A DNA stretch of 64,000 bases from Moniliella sp. 'wahieum' (GCA_003971905.1 RSEE01000002.1:1054001-1118000), one strand, 5' to 3'; counted from the stretch's first letter, positions 37,723-52,497 are shown. Translations and numbers: made by a program. Notes: generated by a model not told the origin, from the letters alone.

Positions 37723-38779
37723 ATGCTTGGTCTCCGCGGTCCCCTCGGCTCGGCTGTCTGCCGCGCGGCCTCTGGCCCTGCGCTCGCCGCGCCCCTCCGC
37801 AGCGTCGTCCGCCCCGCCGCCATCCGCACCCTCGTCGCGCCCGCCGCCCCGCGCCCTGCGCTCGCCCCCCGCGCCCAGCAGCTCTTCCGCTCCGCCTCCC
37901 CCGCCCGCTCCTTTGCCACCTCGTCCCGCTCCAACTCGCGCGGCCGCGGCTACTATGGCTACTCTTCTCCCCCCCGCGTCCCCCAGCTTCGAGGCGGCCG
38001 GCGGATGGGGCAAGGTCGCCGCCAACGTCGGCCTCGTGGCTGGCACCGCTGTCGTCGCCCACATGTTCTTCAACCGTGCCAAGCGTCAGGATGCCTTTTC
38101 CCCCTTCGTCAAGGACTACCTCTTTTCCACCTTCACGTGGCTCGCCGGTGGCTTGACCATCACGGCCGCTGGCGCTGTGTATCTCAACAAGTCGGGCTTT
38201 GCGTTCCGGATCATGCTTGCCAACCCGTGGCTTGTGCTCGGCGCCGGCCTGGCCGCCTCGATTGGTGGCATGATTGGCGTGCAAACGCTGCCCCCCGGAT
38301 CGGTTTCCAAGTTTGCCTGCTGGACGCTCTTCAACGCTTCGCAAGCTGCTGTCCTGTGCCCGCTCGTGTTTGTTGGTCCCACCCTGCTTGCCCGCGCCGG
38401 GCTCTACACGCTCGGTGTATTCGGTGCGCTGGCCTATGTCGGTGCTACGGCGAAGGAGTCGCAGTACCTCTGGCTCGGAGGCCCACTCCTGGCGGGTGTG
38501 ACCGTTGTGGCGCTCAGCTCGCTCACTCCGCTCATCCTCCCGGCCACGTTTGCCCGCACAATGGCAGTGACGGAGATGATTAGTCTCTACGGCGGTCTGG
38601 CAGTCTTCTCTGCCTTCATCCTCTATGACACGCAGAAGGTGATTCAGCGTGCCCGCATGTCGGAGGCTGGCTTTGTTCGTGCCGATCCGATGCGCGACTC
38701 GCTCGGCTTGGAACTCGACCTAATCAACATCTTCATTCGCCTGGTTCAAATCCTCGGCAACCGGCAACAGCGCCACTAA
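37723..38779 (+). CDS. GHITM: Bax inhibitor-1 family mitochondrial membrane protein (GHITM/MICS1-like)
   Basis: Arg/Ala-rich presequence; LARAGLYTLGVFGAL, YLWLGGPLLAG, ISLYGGLAVFSAFILYDTQKV, LELDLINIFIR. TATAAA at 37647-37652. Confidence 0.88.
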
Positions 38780-38836
38780 GCGGGCAGCCGAACGCAGGCT
38801 ACTGGGTGACCAGCCTAGCACCTTGTCGAACTATCG

Positions 38837-40775
38837 CTACTCTGCACATTGTATCTGACGCCTCGAGGTTGGGCATGGTTTCTCCATAGATATCCTCCAC
38901 GTCGAAATAGAGACTGTAAATAGGTCACAGTCCGTGCCAGTCAGCAGCCCCGACAGCTGCGCTCCACGCATTGTCAAAGATGGTGGCATCATCTGGCTCG
39001 CATACATCCGAGGCGAGAGCTGGGGCCGTTCCCTCGCCCCCTTCGACGCGATGGTCCCAAGCCAAAGCCCATCCTTCATTGAGGGAGGGATCTTCTCTTG
39101 CCTTGGGGGGTGAACAAGAGTCCAAGCAACGTGAGCCAAACGTCGGGCCTCCTCCACCGATTCGGCTACGACCTCCTCATAGTAGCATTCCGTGCGCGAG
39201 CCCAGGCAATGCGAGCATACAGCTCGAGAACAGCCTCGTCCCGAACCTTTTCCCAGAAAAGGGAGGTGTCTCCATCTACCCTTCGCGCACGGTGCGGTTC
39301 CATAGTGAGGCATACCCCCTTGGTCTCTCGCAGGGCCCAGGAGAGACTCGTGGAGCTCAACGCACGACGCGTACACCCTCGCATTAGCCAAGAGGAGTGA
39401 CACGGTTTCCTCCTTCGGGCGCGGTCCAGAGGCGTGCTGTGCCCCAAACACCTGGCTTGCCCTCAACTCGCTAACCTGTGCCAGCGCCACGTTGGCTTCG
39501 CGTGCCATCTCGTTAGCTCCCAGCGCATTGAGCACCGTGCCAGGCTGAGACTGGCCGTAGGCCTGTACGAGGAGTAATCTCGAAGCGGCCGCAGCCACCC
39601 AGCTGGCTGGATGGCCTCTTGGGACCCTTGCCGTGCAGCCCGCAGGCCCATGCCGGCCAGCTCAAGGCACAGGGAGGCGGCTTGGGACGCCAAGACGGCC
39701 TCCGGGTTGGATGTGAGCGAGTCGGCCAGTCCGGCCTGGGCGGCCAGGGAGAGAGACAAGGCATCGGATACAAGCGAACCGTCTCCGCTCTGCTCGGCAA
39801 GACCGATGCGAACTTCCAACGCCCAGAGCGCCAAGCGTTCTCGTGCGAACCGATGAGCATCCTATCTTCTTCGTCCGCTGGATCGAACGGTAGGCCTCCG
39901 ACGGCATCACCCACCGCCGCAAGGGCATGTTGGACTTGCTCCGCCCAGTCGGATTCCGCGGGGGACGAAAAAGTGGAAAGCCATTGCCGGAGGCAATTCA
40001 CACTTCCCTCGAGGGCGTCAGAACGGATTGGAGATTGATATGGGAGCTGGCGTAAGGACAACTCTTGCGGCTCTTCGGTGGCAGAGGATTCAGGTTCTTC
40101 AGAGGGACCAGGGTCCATTTCCCCCGACACAAGAGTGCGCTCCAGCAGTCGACCGAGGTATGCATGAACGAGGCCAAGGTAGAGCTCAATGGCACGGGCC
40201 GAGTCGGAACGAACAGAGGTATTGTTGGCCACACCGTACGAGCGACCCGCGGGGGGGACGCGGCGGTACGTTGATGAGCCTGCATTGTCGGGCTCACCCA
40301 CATCCATAACGAGATCAGCACGGGCCTGATAGGCAGCTGCTAGGTTGTAGATAATGTCCCACTTAAACTCGGTCTCCTTGCCACCCGAATGAGCTGCCTC
40401 GGCCTCCAAGGCGAGACAGTAACTCTCCACACTCATCTGGAGCGCGCGCAACGCCAACGGCGGAAGAACGAACTGCGAAGCCAGCGTAAAATACGTCCGA
40501 GCCCCATTGTACAACATCGGCCCGAGCCAAGTGGCGGCCTGTTTGCGTGGCGAGCTGGGCAGCTGCAGCAAAGTAATCGCTGCGGTGGTGAGAGCTCGGT
40601 AGGCGGTACTGCCCATCGAGGTCATGTACCGCTCACACCGCTCTTCCGACTTGATCGCCAACTCGAGGGCTTCATCCACATCCCTCACCTCACCGGGAGC
40701 CGGCACGGACCGCGCCTTGGATTTGGGCGTGGGCTTGGGCAGGGCCGCGCGAGATAACCTGGACTTGGGCGGCAT
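38837..40775 (-). CDS. Conserved fungal alpha-helical/TPR-like hypothetical protein
   Basis: 420-aa ORF plus frameshifted continuations; basic N-terminus; two YN.A motifs (MLYNGAR, DIIYNLA) typical of TPR-like helices. Confidence 0.55.
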
Positions 40776-41026
40776 GGAGAGATGGCGGTGGCCAAGCTCC
40801 AGTGGGTGTCCGAAAAAAAGGGCAGATCGTGTGAATCACATGAGACTGTGTGTCATCACAAGCATGGATGAACACACGACATGCGTGTGAACGTTTCAGG
40901 GGCCTAACGTTTGCCCACGCCTCAGGCCCCTCTGGGCCCCACGACCCTCGAGCACAGACTGAGTCCACTTGTGGCTTTATCACTCGAGGCAAGCCCCTCT
41001 CTCGCTCGTCCATCATCGCCTGAACC

Positions 41027-42113
41027 ATGCCCGCTACGCTGGACCGGTCGATGGCGGCCATGAGTGTTGCCGCGGCGGGGTGTCGGTGGTTGTGCTCGTT
41101 GCTGCGTTTTGGCGCTCGAGTGCCAACGCGCCCCAGCCCGTACGCAAACCGCAATCCAAGCTGAAAACGCACTCGCAACATCCCTTTTACGGAGGCATCA
41201 GCGACCCAACCCCCAGAACTCGATCCTGTTCAATCGCACCTATTGCGGAATGGCTGTTCCCGCTCTGCTCCCTGCCTCTTCTGGGCTTCACGGATGGGAG
41301 TCGGACGAAAAGCTGCCGGGACCAACAGTACCGAATATACTACCTGAGCACCGGCCTCCTCCCAATGAGGAAGAAGGGTCGTTGCACCCCATGCCCACTA
41401 CCCAGAAGCCGATTGTTGGGTCGCTCCTGATCCAGTCCAGAAGGTGGAACCAACAGTGCTTGACTCGTTCAATTGGAGCCTCTCTTCCGCTGTGCTCACC
41501 ACACCACCAAGACAACAACGCAAGCCCCCAAGCCATGATCCGTACGTTATGCGAATTGCTACTCCGTCGTCATCCCGCCACCATTGCCATTTCCATCACC
41601 ATCGCCTTCACCATCGCCATCACCATCACCGTCACCGTCGTCCGTTCTCTTCTCCAAGGTGACTAAAAAGAAAGAACAAACGGAAGCAGCACTTTCTCTT
41701 CAATTCCTACGGAAAAAGAGGAACAAAAGGAAGCAGGTGCTTTTCATCCACCTCAACCTCCTCAGTTCCTTCCTTCAAACACGGGCTCTCCTCCCATGTC
41801 TTCTACCCTACATGGGTCTCTATCCCAGCCAAAGCCGAACCTCAACTGTATCCTTCAGCGAGGGAAAACAAGAGTCAGAAACCAATCAGTCTTCGCCCCA
41901 GCGCACGCGGCCACCGAGTACGCCGGAGTCCTCGCCCTTGCTCTCTCGCGCTGGCTCGAAACGCGACCGGCAGCAGGTGAAGCGGAATTGAAACAACGAG
42001 CTTCATCCTTCTTCCATCGCTCGCAACCTTCGCGCTCTACCTCCCCCCCTGAGCAGGACGAAGGAGCGCAAAGTCCATCTCCCATACTGTGCCCCCCAAT
42101 CCATCACGGTTGA
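41027..42113 (+). CDS. Possible hypothetical low-complexity protein
   Basis: Overlapping plus-strand ORFs with a (PS)n hexamer repeat at 41581-41640 and basic clusters. No domain recognised. Confidence 0.25.
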
Positions 42114-42474
42114 CGGCCAGGTTTCACAAATTGAATCAGAAGGCTCACAAGCGCTCCCGCTCTACCCCCGCCCCCCCTTTGCCGCATGAAGAGAACAAGT
42201 CGTGAGGAAAGTCCCTTTTGTTTGGGCCCATGTTTTGTGTGTACTCGATATACCACTTTCATGGGCCCCTCATGTTCATCTCCCTCTGCTTCAACAGTTC
42301 TTTTACGGAGCTTTTCTTGCTTGTCCATTCATCATGCGCCGTCAGGTGACATGGACGCTTACCTGAATGGATGCTATTGCTTTGCGATTAATTGGGCTTG
42401 AAAGCGTAGCGGTTGGAAGCAAAGGACAGCACACAGTACGTGGTCTGCGGCAAATAGGGGAAAATATCAGGCAT

Positions 42475-44602
42475 TCACAAGGCGTACAGACTCTGGCCCA
42501 AAAAGGCCCTCTTGAAGAGGTTCGTCGCTCCCAGTAGGTCACAACGGCACTCCTTGAAAACCAATCGTAAGAGCCGCCAAGGGTTGGGCTTTCCCCCACA
42601 ACGGCTGGTCTGCGGGGAAAACTTCTTGCTCACATGAGCATGCTGTGCAAGTTTCATGGGTAAGCAGGATAGCCCCCCACCACACACACAGAGATACGTT
42701 CCACCACAACCCTTCCGTTTCCGCAGTTCTCCATAGCAACAGCCAAGGACATCCCAGCCATTCCCACAAAACGTCGCCACCCCCCCCCCCCTCCCACGGT
42801 CCATTCCACTCAGAAACGTTGACGACTCTGCACAGTTAACTGAGCAACCGACTCCATCCGCCCTTGCGCTTGGACGCGGTCGTGTCGACGACCGTGCCAA
42901 AGGGCGGCGGAGCCGTCTCGTCCACCGCGCCGCCGGCAGGAAGAGGTGGCGGCGGGGGAGGGCGGCGGCTGCAGGCGAAGAGAAAGGTTTGCTCGGCTGG
43001 CTTGTAGGCAGCGCAGGAACAGGAGGAGGGCGGGAGCTCGTGCCAGATGTGTGGTAGGACGAGTGAGGTGGAAGCGAACGTGAACCTCCCGGTGGAGGCG
43101 GGTGATACGACGAAGTCGAGGTAGGCTGCCGCGGCGGCGGAGGCGCACGATACGATGAAGCCGAGGTAGGCAGCCGCGGTGGAGGAGGCGCCTGGGTGTG
43201 CGCTGGTGTTGGCAAGGGCGGTGGAGGAGGAGAATAAGGCACGTACGCTGGGGGGCCTGCAGGGGGGGTGGGAGTGGAAGCCGGAGCTGGAACCGAAGTA
43301 GGATGGGAGGTAGGACGTGCCTTTTCTCGCTGGAAGGGGTTGGCGAAGGAGGGGACCTGGGGACCGAGTTGACGATGAGATGCTGCTTGACGTGGGCGGG
43401 AGAGACAAACGCGATGCAAGAGACTCGATCCATTCTTGCGTCGACTCACGGGTAGGCGCGCTGGATTGCTGGAACAAACGAATGTCCGACCTCGTGCCGG
43501 ATGAGACGACAAGGGATTGACTCAACACCATCCCAGGCCAAGGAGAAAAGGTGGTGGTAAGTGCCGAGTGTGCCCCTCCCCTTCCACCTTGGGCAGAGGA
43601 ATGCATTGAGCCGAAACAAGGAGCCACCAAGTGCATCTTGGTCGGAAGCTGCTGAGCCGACGGGGTCCGCTTGCCGCTCCCAAGGCATAGGAGGGACTCG
43701 ATGGGAAGCCACCGATTCCTTCCTCTCTTGCAAACTCTGGGCAGCACTCTGCTGAGCCAGTGCTGTATCTCGTGCCTCCAACACGGCCAATCGATCCGCA
43801 TGGCTCTTCTGTTCAGTCGAGCTGGCGAGGGTGGATGACTCCCAGATGCGTGCTCTACCACATGTTTCCGTGCCCACTCGCGTTCTCAGCCGCCAACTCG
43901 GCCGCCACGCCTGCTGTTCTTCCTTGATCTTGTTCTTGGTTTGCCGCTGGGCCTTATTTTTTTCCACCGCACCCGACATGGACTTGGAGGAAGCCTGCCA
44001 GCCCGCCTTGACCCCACGACCGGTAGCTTTGAGGCGGCAATCGCGTGTTGCTTGGCCATCTGCTGGGCCGCCGGGTTGGTGATCGTTTTTGCAATTGTTT
44101 CCTGAGATTCACCGACAACCTCCATGATCGCATCCACCTGGGTACCGGAGAGGAAAGGCGCCGCCGTAGTAAGGGCGCTCTGTACCAAGGTGGGAATGAG
44201 GGAAGTATCCTCGAGTGTGGTACGCAACCACGAGTTGACTTTGCCAATATCCTCTTCGTCTTCTTCCTCCTGGGCGCCCCGGGTGGAGCGGGATTTGGAT
44301 GGAGGGGGGTTAGGAGAGGCGAGCTTGACCGTATCAAGCACAGCCTTGATCGTCTGGTACTCACGCGCAGGCAGGTACCCATGCTGGTGGAGGGCATGCA
44401 GCGATTCGCGCGCCTGCGCCAGCAGATAGTCGGCCAGAGCGTCGGCTGGACGGCCACCATGCACGGCGGCTGCGACACTCGCCGCGCTGGGGCGGGACGT
44501 GTGGGGTGCGGAAGGCGCGGCGGGAGCTGCCGGGAGAGCGTTCTTGTCGCTGCCGGAAGAAAGATGGCCATGGAGGTGCAACCAGGGGGCCGTTGGTGGC
44601 AT
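42475..44602 (-). CDS. Hypothetical protein with a helical N-terminus and Pro-rich C-terminal half
   Basis: Long overlapping ORFs (ALADYLLAQARESLHALHQHGYL..; coiled-coil-like segment; PPAY/PPPP motifs). Ends approximate. Confidence 0.5.
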
Positions 44603-44892
44603 GGCGGTCGAAGCGCGGTGTGGCTGAGCGGCTGAGCGCTGAGCGGCTGAGCTGAGCACGGCTGACTATTGAATTCAGTCGAGTGCAACGCCCAGGCACG
44701 CGTCGAACAGACTAACGAGGATGACATCGATGACATCAGCAGCGTGCACCGGGGCGTCACGCGTCACGCGTCACGCTGGTTCCGGCAGCACCCGAGCAGG
44801 GAGATGAAATATTGCAGACTCGCCGGGACAGCGGGTGGCCTGAGAAAGAGTCGCACCCAGGCGGGGCACGGGGGCAGCTGTGTGCTCTCCGC

Positions 44893-46437
44893 ATGGCGCT
44901 GCCCCACGGGGCGGCAGCACGCAGCTACTCGCTCGTCAATGACCCCGACGGCCTCCCACCGCTCCCTCATCCCCTCCCCCCGACTCAGCAACGCCTGTTG
45001 CTCCCTCTCCACCCTCTCTTCACCCCCATCCACCCGTCGTCTGCCTCAGCGCAGAGCATGCCCCCATGCCCTTCCCACTCGCGCATGTCTCCCATCCCCC
45101 ACGCAGTCCGCTCCAGATGCAGGAGCCTTCAGGACCGCCGCCCGCCCCGACCTGCGCACTCCCCAATCCCACTCCCCCCTCGTACCCTAGACTACGGACG
45201 CTTCCCTCCGTCCCATCGTACACCCATCCCCCAACGTCTACACCATGCAACCTCAGTCTCGCTGCCCAAGTGGCGCAAGCGCCCCCCCGTGCCAAAGTCG
45301 ACCTGTCCTCTTGCCCATACGCCACAAAGGTCGCTAAGTGCCAAGGGAGCAGTCCACGCCTTCGATCCCGCAAGTCTTTCGCATCTGTTTCCTCCATCCC
45401 GGTCTCCCCCCTGGCGGACCAACGAGATCATCCCAGTATCCGCAAGGCTCGAAGCTCTGCCATCCTCCGTGCCAACGCCCGCCCCGTCGCTACCCCGTCT
45501 CGTCCTTCCTTGCCTCCAGTGTACTATAACACTACCCCAACAATGGGGACAAGCCCTCGCAGTCCCCCCGTCTGCTCTCACATTAGTACACCCAGTTTTG
45601 GCCTCGTAGTCCCGTCTTGGGCCCAGGCCCGGGCAGTCCCACCACCCCAGGGCCTGGGCGGGATAACCGTGGTCCCGACCGTTCCCCGCCCCGCACACGC
45701 ATACCCATCGCAACCCACAGATGGCGGCGGAGCAGCCTGACCAGTCCCCCCTCAAGTTTGTCCAGTGAAAATTCCAAGCCAGCGGCGTCTGCTCCCCCGA
45801 CACAAAGACTGGCACTACGCCACCAGGAGCAGTGTCTCTGCCTCTCCACTGGATTTCCCCTCTACCGATGAAGATGATTCGAACGCTGAGGACGAAGCCA
45901 AGTTGGCACGTAAAATTCTCGATTTGGAGATTTCCAATCGAAGTCTTGACGATCAATGAAGCGTTGGAGATGACCAAGCTGCGCCAAGCCCAGGAGATCC
46001 GCGAGTTGCGCCGCCGGATCCGCACCGGCCCCGAGCAGGGGAGGTGCCGGCTTCGTCTCTTTCGATATCCTCGAAGAGGAAAAGGACGAAGACGAGGAAG
46101 CCGAGACTCAAGAAGATCCTGTCTTGGCCACGCTCAATGGACGATGCGCCGCGTTGGTGGAGGAGATGACGAGCCGTGCCAGGGCGGCTTTGGCATTCGA
46201 ACCAGCCAGTGGTCGCGTGGGGACAGGAGGCAAGGTGCTTCACCCCCTCGAAGTAGCTGGTTTCCGGCCAGTGACGAGATCGAATCCCCTCTTGCCACCA
46301 GTGTACCGGGCAGTCCTCCCTCCCTTTCTACTTCCCATTCTCTCTCCCGTTCTGGGTCCCCGTGCCCTTCCCCTCGCCAGCCGAGTGGGACAAACCAACG
46401 ACACCATACCTATGCCACGAAGCTCATTCCTGCCTGA
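44893..46437 (+). CDS. Conserved fungal hypothetical coiled-coil protein
   Basis: S/P-rich N-terminus, then EAKLARKILDLEISNRSL.TINEALEMTKLRQAQEIRELRRRIR, a motif I recognise from uncharacterised fungal proteins. Frameshifted. Confidence 0.6.
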
Positions 46438-47200
46438 CGAGATACCGCCTGTTACCTGTTTCTGTACTGCTTTTTTCGAATTTTTGTGCCGTTGCTTTTA
46501 GACAATTTTATCTGGTGCGCCAAAGATGCACACAAGTAGCTGAACCCATTCAACTCTGTGAAGATGAACTGGTCTCACTCCGGGCTTCAAATGTCGATCA
46601 GAACCCTCAGGCTCTCAGGCCTCAGACAGACCTCAGATGTGACGATCTTTGACTGAACAGAAGTATCACTAGATCTTGACAGATCCGCAAAAGGAAGCGC
46701 ACATTGGGTGTATGCAGTGTGGTCGATAGGATGCAATGATGGAGGTGTGCGCGCAGCGTGACAAATGGCAATGCGCATATTCTTGCTGATGGTGACGCGT
46801 GACGTGACGCGTGACATTGTGACAGCTCGAATAATAGACACTCTGGCACTAGTGAGTAATGAGTGTTGGTGCCTGTTGGCGCAGCTACAATGTCTACACA
46901 CACAGATGCCTTACGCTAGAAAAAATGGCTATAAGATTCACTTCATGATGATGCTGTGTCGATGATGCACCCTTGGCGCCTTGGCAAGAACTACAGTAAA
47001 CGCAGCACACAGAGGCGATAGAGCGGTATATGGTGCTTCGCTCTCAGGTGTGTCGCTGTGGTGCTCGTGCACACTGTGCTTACTCTCTCTTTTTTGCACC
47101 ACCCGCGGTACGCCACCGCGGCACACGTGCTCAGTGCTCACATGTCACATGTGCATACTGCGTCGCCAGCCTGTAACGCGTAACGTGTGACGGGACAGGG

Positions 47201-47375
47201 AGTGAAGCTAGTGACTAGTGACTAGAGTGACTAGTGACTAGTGAAGGTAGTGACGCGTGACGCTTGACGCGAGAGGAGTAGAGGAGTGGTGCATGGTGGC
47301 GAGTCTGAAGAAGCGCGGGGATTGAAAAAAGAGGAGGTTACCGATTGTCGGTTACTAGTTACTGGTTACAATGTT
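47201..47375. repeat. Degenerate 7-bp tandem arrays (GTGACTA / GTTACTA / GTGACGC)
   Basis: Directly visible, e.g. ctagtgactagtgactagagtgactagtgactagtgaag. Confidence 0.8.
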
Positions 47376-47807
47376 ACAGGTTATACTAACCGCACTAACC
47401 GTACAAACCATCCTTGCCAGAATAGGCATCAAGTAATTAAAACTGAACCACTGAGTGATACATCGACCTTGCGCGAAACCACTGCACGGGGCAGTGTGGG
47501 GATCAGCATCTGGCGGTGTTCTTCCTGTGTTTGAATCGGATTATTAGTAGTCGCACTGGGCCTGTCCGGAACCCAAGAGTCCTGGACTGGGTTAACGCTT
47601 GGCGGGTTCCCTTGCGCAGGGTAGAATAGCGGTAATTGTAGCCCCCAACCCCCTGCGGCCTCTTTGCTGCCATGATTTCTATCTCGCCTTCCAACTCCAC
47701 GTCTACGGCACAGCCTTCGACAACCGAACGGCAGGGTTGGGAGTGCTGAGATCCCGTCAAGCGCGCATCTGAACGTTCTCACAACTGCGAAGATCTGCGA
47801 ACGGCTG

Positions 47808-50800
47808 GTGGCATCTGCGGTTGCCATCTACTCTGCACTTCTCACTGACCTTTCCATTACACCACTACAGCCTCCGCCATTTCAGCTCCTTTTCCCCCTC
47901 CCTCCCGCGGTACCCGCCACCCCCCAACAACCGTCCTACAGTCCTCACAATCATGGGCAGGCGCCCTCTCGCGCCCATGGGTCTCCGCATCCACCTCCGC
48001 CGCTTAGCCAGACCCAATTTGATGCGCAATCCTATCCGCAACCTTCCCACCTCATTCATACATGTCGCACCCATTCTCTCGATCATCAAGTCTCCACGTC
48101 GCAGTCCCCAAATGCACCCCAGTTGGTGGCTTTGCCGGCGCCCTTCCGGCCTGCGTCAGGGCACATTGGCCCCATCCGCACCCGTCGCCACCGGTTCGAC
48201 AGCACCTCCACTGCGTCACCTTTGGATTCTCCTTCCTTCACCTTCCACGACTTTGCCCCGTTCCCATTGACACCGAGGGACCACAGTGTTTTCCCCATTG
48301 CCGAAGTCGATGACGGGGAGGATACCGTGCTCGCCTCAGGCCCCCGCCCCCTTGCCCCAGCTACTGTTGTTCGCCCCGTCTCACCATCCTACTCGTCAGC
48401 GATCGTCAGCCCATCGCTATCCCTCGCCCCCCACAGGATCACATCGCATTCCCTGCATGATGAACCCGCCTCCGCCTCGCCCACGGACAGCCGAGCTCCT
48501 CAGCCTCGGTTTCCAAAGTATGTTTTGTTCTCTTGGGAGGTTTGTGCTATAGGGTTTTATGTACTGACACTGTCGGTCCAGCCTTCCCGGGCTCGTCAGC
48601 GCAGATTCACAAGACTTCTCACCCCCATTTTCGGACGTAAGAAGCTCAAAGAACATTCCGTGCCCACTACCCCACCACGCCTAATACTGCACCATACGGG
48701 TAAAAACGCACCATCGAACGCATTCGGAAATGTCGTCCTTCGGCCAGTGGAAACAATAAGGCTTCCTCTCCGTTGCGCCGCTCCCGATCCCTCAACAATA
48801 TTCGCCCTGTTTCGGCAAACATTCCTGAGAGCAAGGGAGCGGATACGCACAGTCCCTTCCGGCCGGGCTAGTCCTCGTGGAAGTTCATGTGGAAGCCCAG
48901 TGGAAGTCTCGGAGTAACAAGCCCCGCCCCTAAATCCCTTCGTCGTTCCACAATCCGTTCCAATACTCGGGGAAGTTCCAATGAAAGTCCTGTTGAGATG
49001 CCCCGGCACTATCCCATTGGTTTAGTGGCAAATGACGTGGATGAAGTCAATGAAGCCAACGAAGCCGAGTGGGAGGATCTAACAAGTGCTTTGGTACCTT
49101 CGCTTAGTCTCCCTGATGCAATGGTTAACGCATTTGCTCCCATTCCGCCGCATACCCCCACTCCACACCCACCTCCCCGTTCAAGTGACCGAAGGAGCGC
49201 CTGTGACTTTTCATGTCACTGCTCCAATCTCTGATGACCACACTGGTAGTCGCAGCGCCAGCCAGAGCGTGGCGACTGACCTCTTAACCGTCTCAGGGGA
49301 CATGATGGCTTACAGTTACAGCGGGTCATCTTACGGCGCCGTTCACACCACCGAAGACATTACGGCCTCCGTTGCCCCCTTGCCCAAATGTCGGGTTGCT
49401 CCCCTCCTTCGGTAGCGACGCTGCTTCGTTTACGCATGAAGGAAAGGATATCTCCTCTGCTCCTCATGACCGAACGCGTATGTGTACCGCCTACGAAATG
49501 TATGTCCAGGCAATCCGTGGCCGAAGCGTGCGCAACGTGCTTCAGACCATGGTGTTCCTGGATGGGACAACCTCGTTCCCCCTCCGCCAAAACGTACCGC
49601 GAAGAAGGCATCCGTCATTGGGGTCAATTCGACCGATCCCCCTGCAGTTGCCTTCCTCCTCCCAAGCCACGCCCCCCTCTGCCCTTTGAGTCCCACGGAG
49701 ATGCCAGGTGCACAAAATGGATCTCCAGGGGCGTCCCCCCTACTTCCGGAACTGTTCCCGTTTCCCGCTCCCCCCACAACCGCTTCCGATGTTACCGGAT
49801 CAAGTGACTGGGTTGGTGTTTCCTGTGCCTAGTAGCCCGGGCAGTACAGAATCGAGGGGCACTGCTTCTCCCTCTTGGACTTTTCAGGCTAACAAGTCTC
49901 CACCGCCACCGCCATCTGGAAAAATAAGGCCCAGGTTCGGTACTCCATTCGGGCCGCCACCTCTTTCACTTGATTTGCAACACGTTCGGCCGGCCGAAAC
50001 CGCAAGCGAGGACGGCCTGGCAGCAACTCTGGGCCTGGCATACTCCAGTCCCACATTTGGTCCTACCTACGAGGTGGAAGTCGAATCCAGCGGACACACG
50101 GACATCCTCTTTGACCGTGCGCTGGATCCAGGACTGCCTTCGTCTAGGTGGCCGGGAATAGTATGGCGAGCGAAGGATCGGAAGTCCCCTGGCCGAAGGA
50201 GCAATGCAAGCGTCTCTAGCTGCACTTCGAGCGTTATACATTAGCAACGAGGATCTTCGCCATGTGGCCGCATTTGAACGACTGATGGGCCCCCGCCGCC
50301 AGGCCCCTTTGACCACTTTCTCTACCGTGCTGCACCTTACTCTTTGGATCGGGCCAGCCGACAGGACCGCTGGACGGGTTCCAGTAGGTCTCTTGTTTCG
50401 AAGCTGTCGAGATTGTCACTCGCCTCGACATCGACAGGCAATGAGGTGCCCCTATCTACCCCCTCGAAAGCATTGACACGCGGCATAGCCCATGACACCG
50501 CGCACGGCATGTCGCTCACCATTGATGTCGGTAGCTTTTCAACGGCGGAGTTGGAGGAGGTGGCAGAGCTGTTCCAGACTCTGCTCTCGCACAGGAAGAC
50601 CAAACGACATCCTCTGCATCAACCATCCAATTACGTCGTCGGCTCCGGAGATCCAAGCGTCTGCAATGTTGCCTGGAACAAGAGATACTTCTCACTCCAT
50701 CGATCGACGGAGGGCAGAGATGAGGACTTCAACTCGTACTCTGCTTCCTTGTGGGGCAGGGAAGAGAACCGGATGTCTAGGCCATGGGACAGTTCACCCG

Positions 50801-50904
50801 AACCCTTTGCTCTTCCCCCTGGGGCAATAGTAGCCCTTTGCCCCATCAGTCCCTGTCGTTGCGAAATTCCACCGAAACGTTCGGCCCCGATACGGGTAGG
50901 CTAG
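47808..50904 (+). CDS. Hypothetical Ser/Pro-rich protein (start and end uncertain)
   Basis: Chain of plus-strand ORFs and a canonical intron at about 48518-48581 (GTATGT..CTGAC..CAG). No recognisable domain. Confidence 0.35.
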
Positions 50905-52497
50905 CGATGCCGAGTCAAGTCCGTCAGTGGATCCATGGGAAAGCTGTGGAGTGTTTGGATGCAATTGTGGTCCAACCCACTTCGCCCTTGCACCGTGCTC
51001 AACATTCCGACGGTGAACCGAACCCCCGTCCTCTCGCTCTTGTGAACGGAGAGGAGAGGAATCGTCAGGACCATCCCATACCTCTCCCTTGGTTGAGGCC
51101 CAAGTGCTTACGAATCACTGGGTCAGAACAGTAAGTCGGACATATCGTCTGAGGTACAGTCAGATGAACGGTCCTGCCACTCAGTTCAGCGCCATCTGAG
51201 TGTCAAGACGACCCGTACACTGCAGCGAAAGCCACGGATTGGATATGGTCACGAGGATATCCTTCATTGGCAAGCTGCGCTCGATAGTTCTGCCGTGTCT
51301 CCCATCACTGGGAAGGGAAACCCGAAGAACTGAATGTCTGCGTTCTATGCGTTTCCACCCATCATCTCTCTTTTGGGTTCCAGTGGGTGTCTTCCCGCCG
51401 GGCCCCATATTCAAGAAAGAGCCTCCCATACCTATCATCTTGTGGATGGCGCTGGGCGCAAAAGATTTTTTCGCTCTCCATTTTTTCTTCTTTCTGTGGA
51501 CCCTTATAATTTGCCTGTTAACAACTTGTGTCCTCCTGTTTCTCCTGTTAACATTCACTGCATTGCCCTCTTTCAGTTGGATGACGACCCACATCTCCAC
51601 TTTCTTCCCGTTAGGCTGCCTACTACCACGCCTTTGCCCGCATGCTAATATGCCGCGCCAAGATCCCCCTCTCCCTTCTCCCCTCTCCCCTCTCCTATCC
51701 AGTTATTATCCCCTGTGTTCCTATATATCAATTATTCTTCCTCGGCTTCCTATTAATCGTACATATCTGGCTATGCTCTCATGCAGATTCCTTACTGCTA
51801 CATAGTACTAGCTAAAGATGAGAATTCTTTCTCCTTCCCTTCTTCTCTCGTCTTTCTAATAACTGTACGTGGATGATGTGCACATTCCAATGTGGCCATC
51901 GAGGCACAACGTCTCGTGTGCATCTAAGACGTTTTCCGTGGTATATGAAAGCCTGGAATAGGTTACCATCTCGGCAACTATGGTATGCATCAAAGGAATG
52001 ATGACTTAGGGTATATCCTCAAAGAGAGAGTATACCCAATTGTGGGATGTAGGGGCCCTTATGGAGCGTTTCCGTCGGCTCACACTTCTATCCCCATAAC
52101 AAACCACGCCAAATACTTTTCCCGAACTCGCAGAGACATCAGGTGTTATTGCCCCTATCGTCTCTAGACGCCCCTCAATGTACCTTGCAATGCAATGGTA
52201 TGTCGCACAAGAGGGAGGCAATATCATCATGAATGTAGCAGCAAGAGACGATGAGGCGCAATGATTTGTAGGACCGGCAAGGCGGGGGGAGGAGTGCTGA
52301 GGCTGATGACATGTGGACGGTGCAGTGATGCAACGGAGGACCAAAGAAAGCAGGAACAAATAAAGCTATGGAACGCCTTGTACTTACTGAACGCAGATAA
52401 TGAAGAGAATATATGGAGTGATCAAAGGTACACTGTCATCCATGTGAAGGGATAAGAGGGGAAGATATTAGGCGTGACAACGAAGAAAGCGTTCTCA

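Noticed and set aside
51200..51805. 201-aa hydrophobic ORF
   Set aside because: The hydrophobicity comes from a T/C-rich, 3'-UTR-like tract; non-ATG start and no motif.
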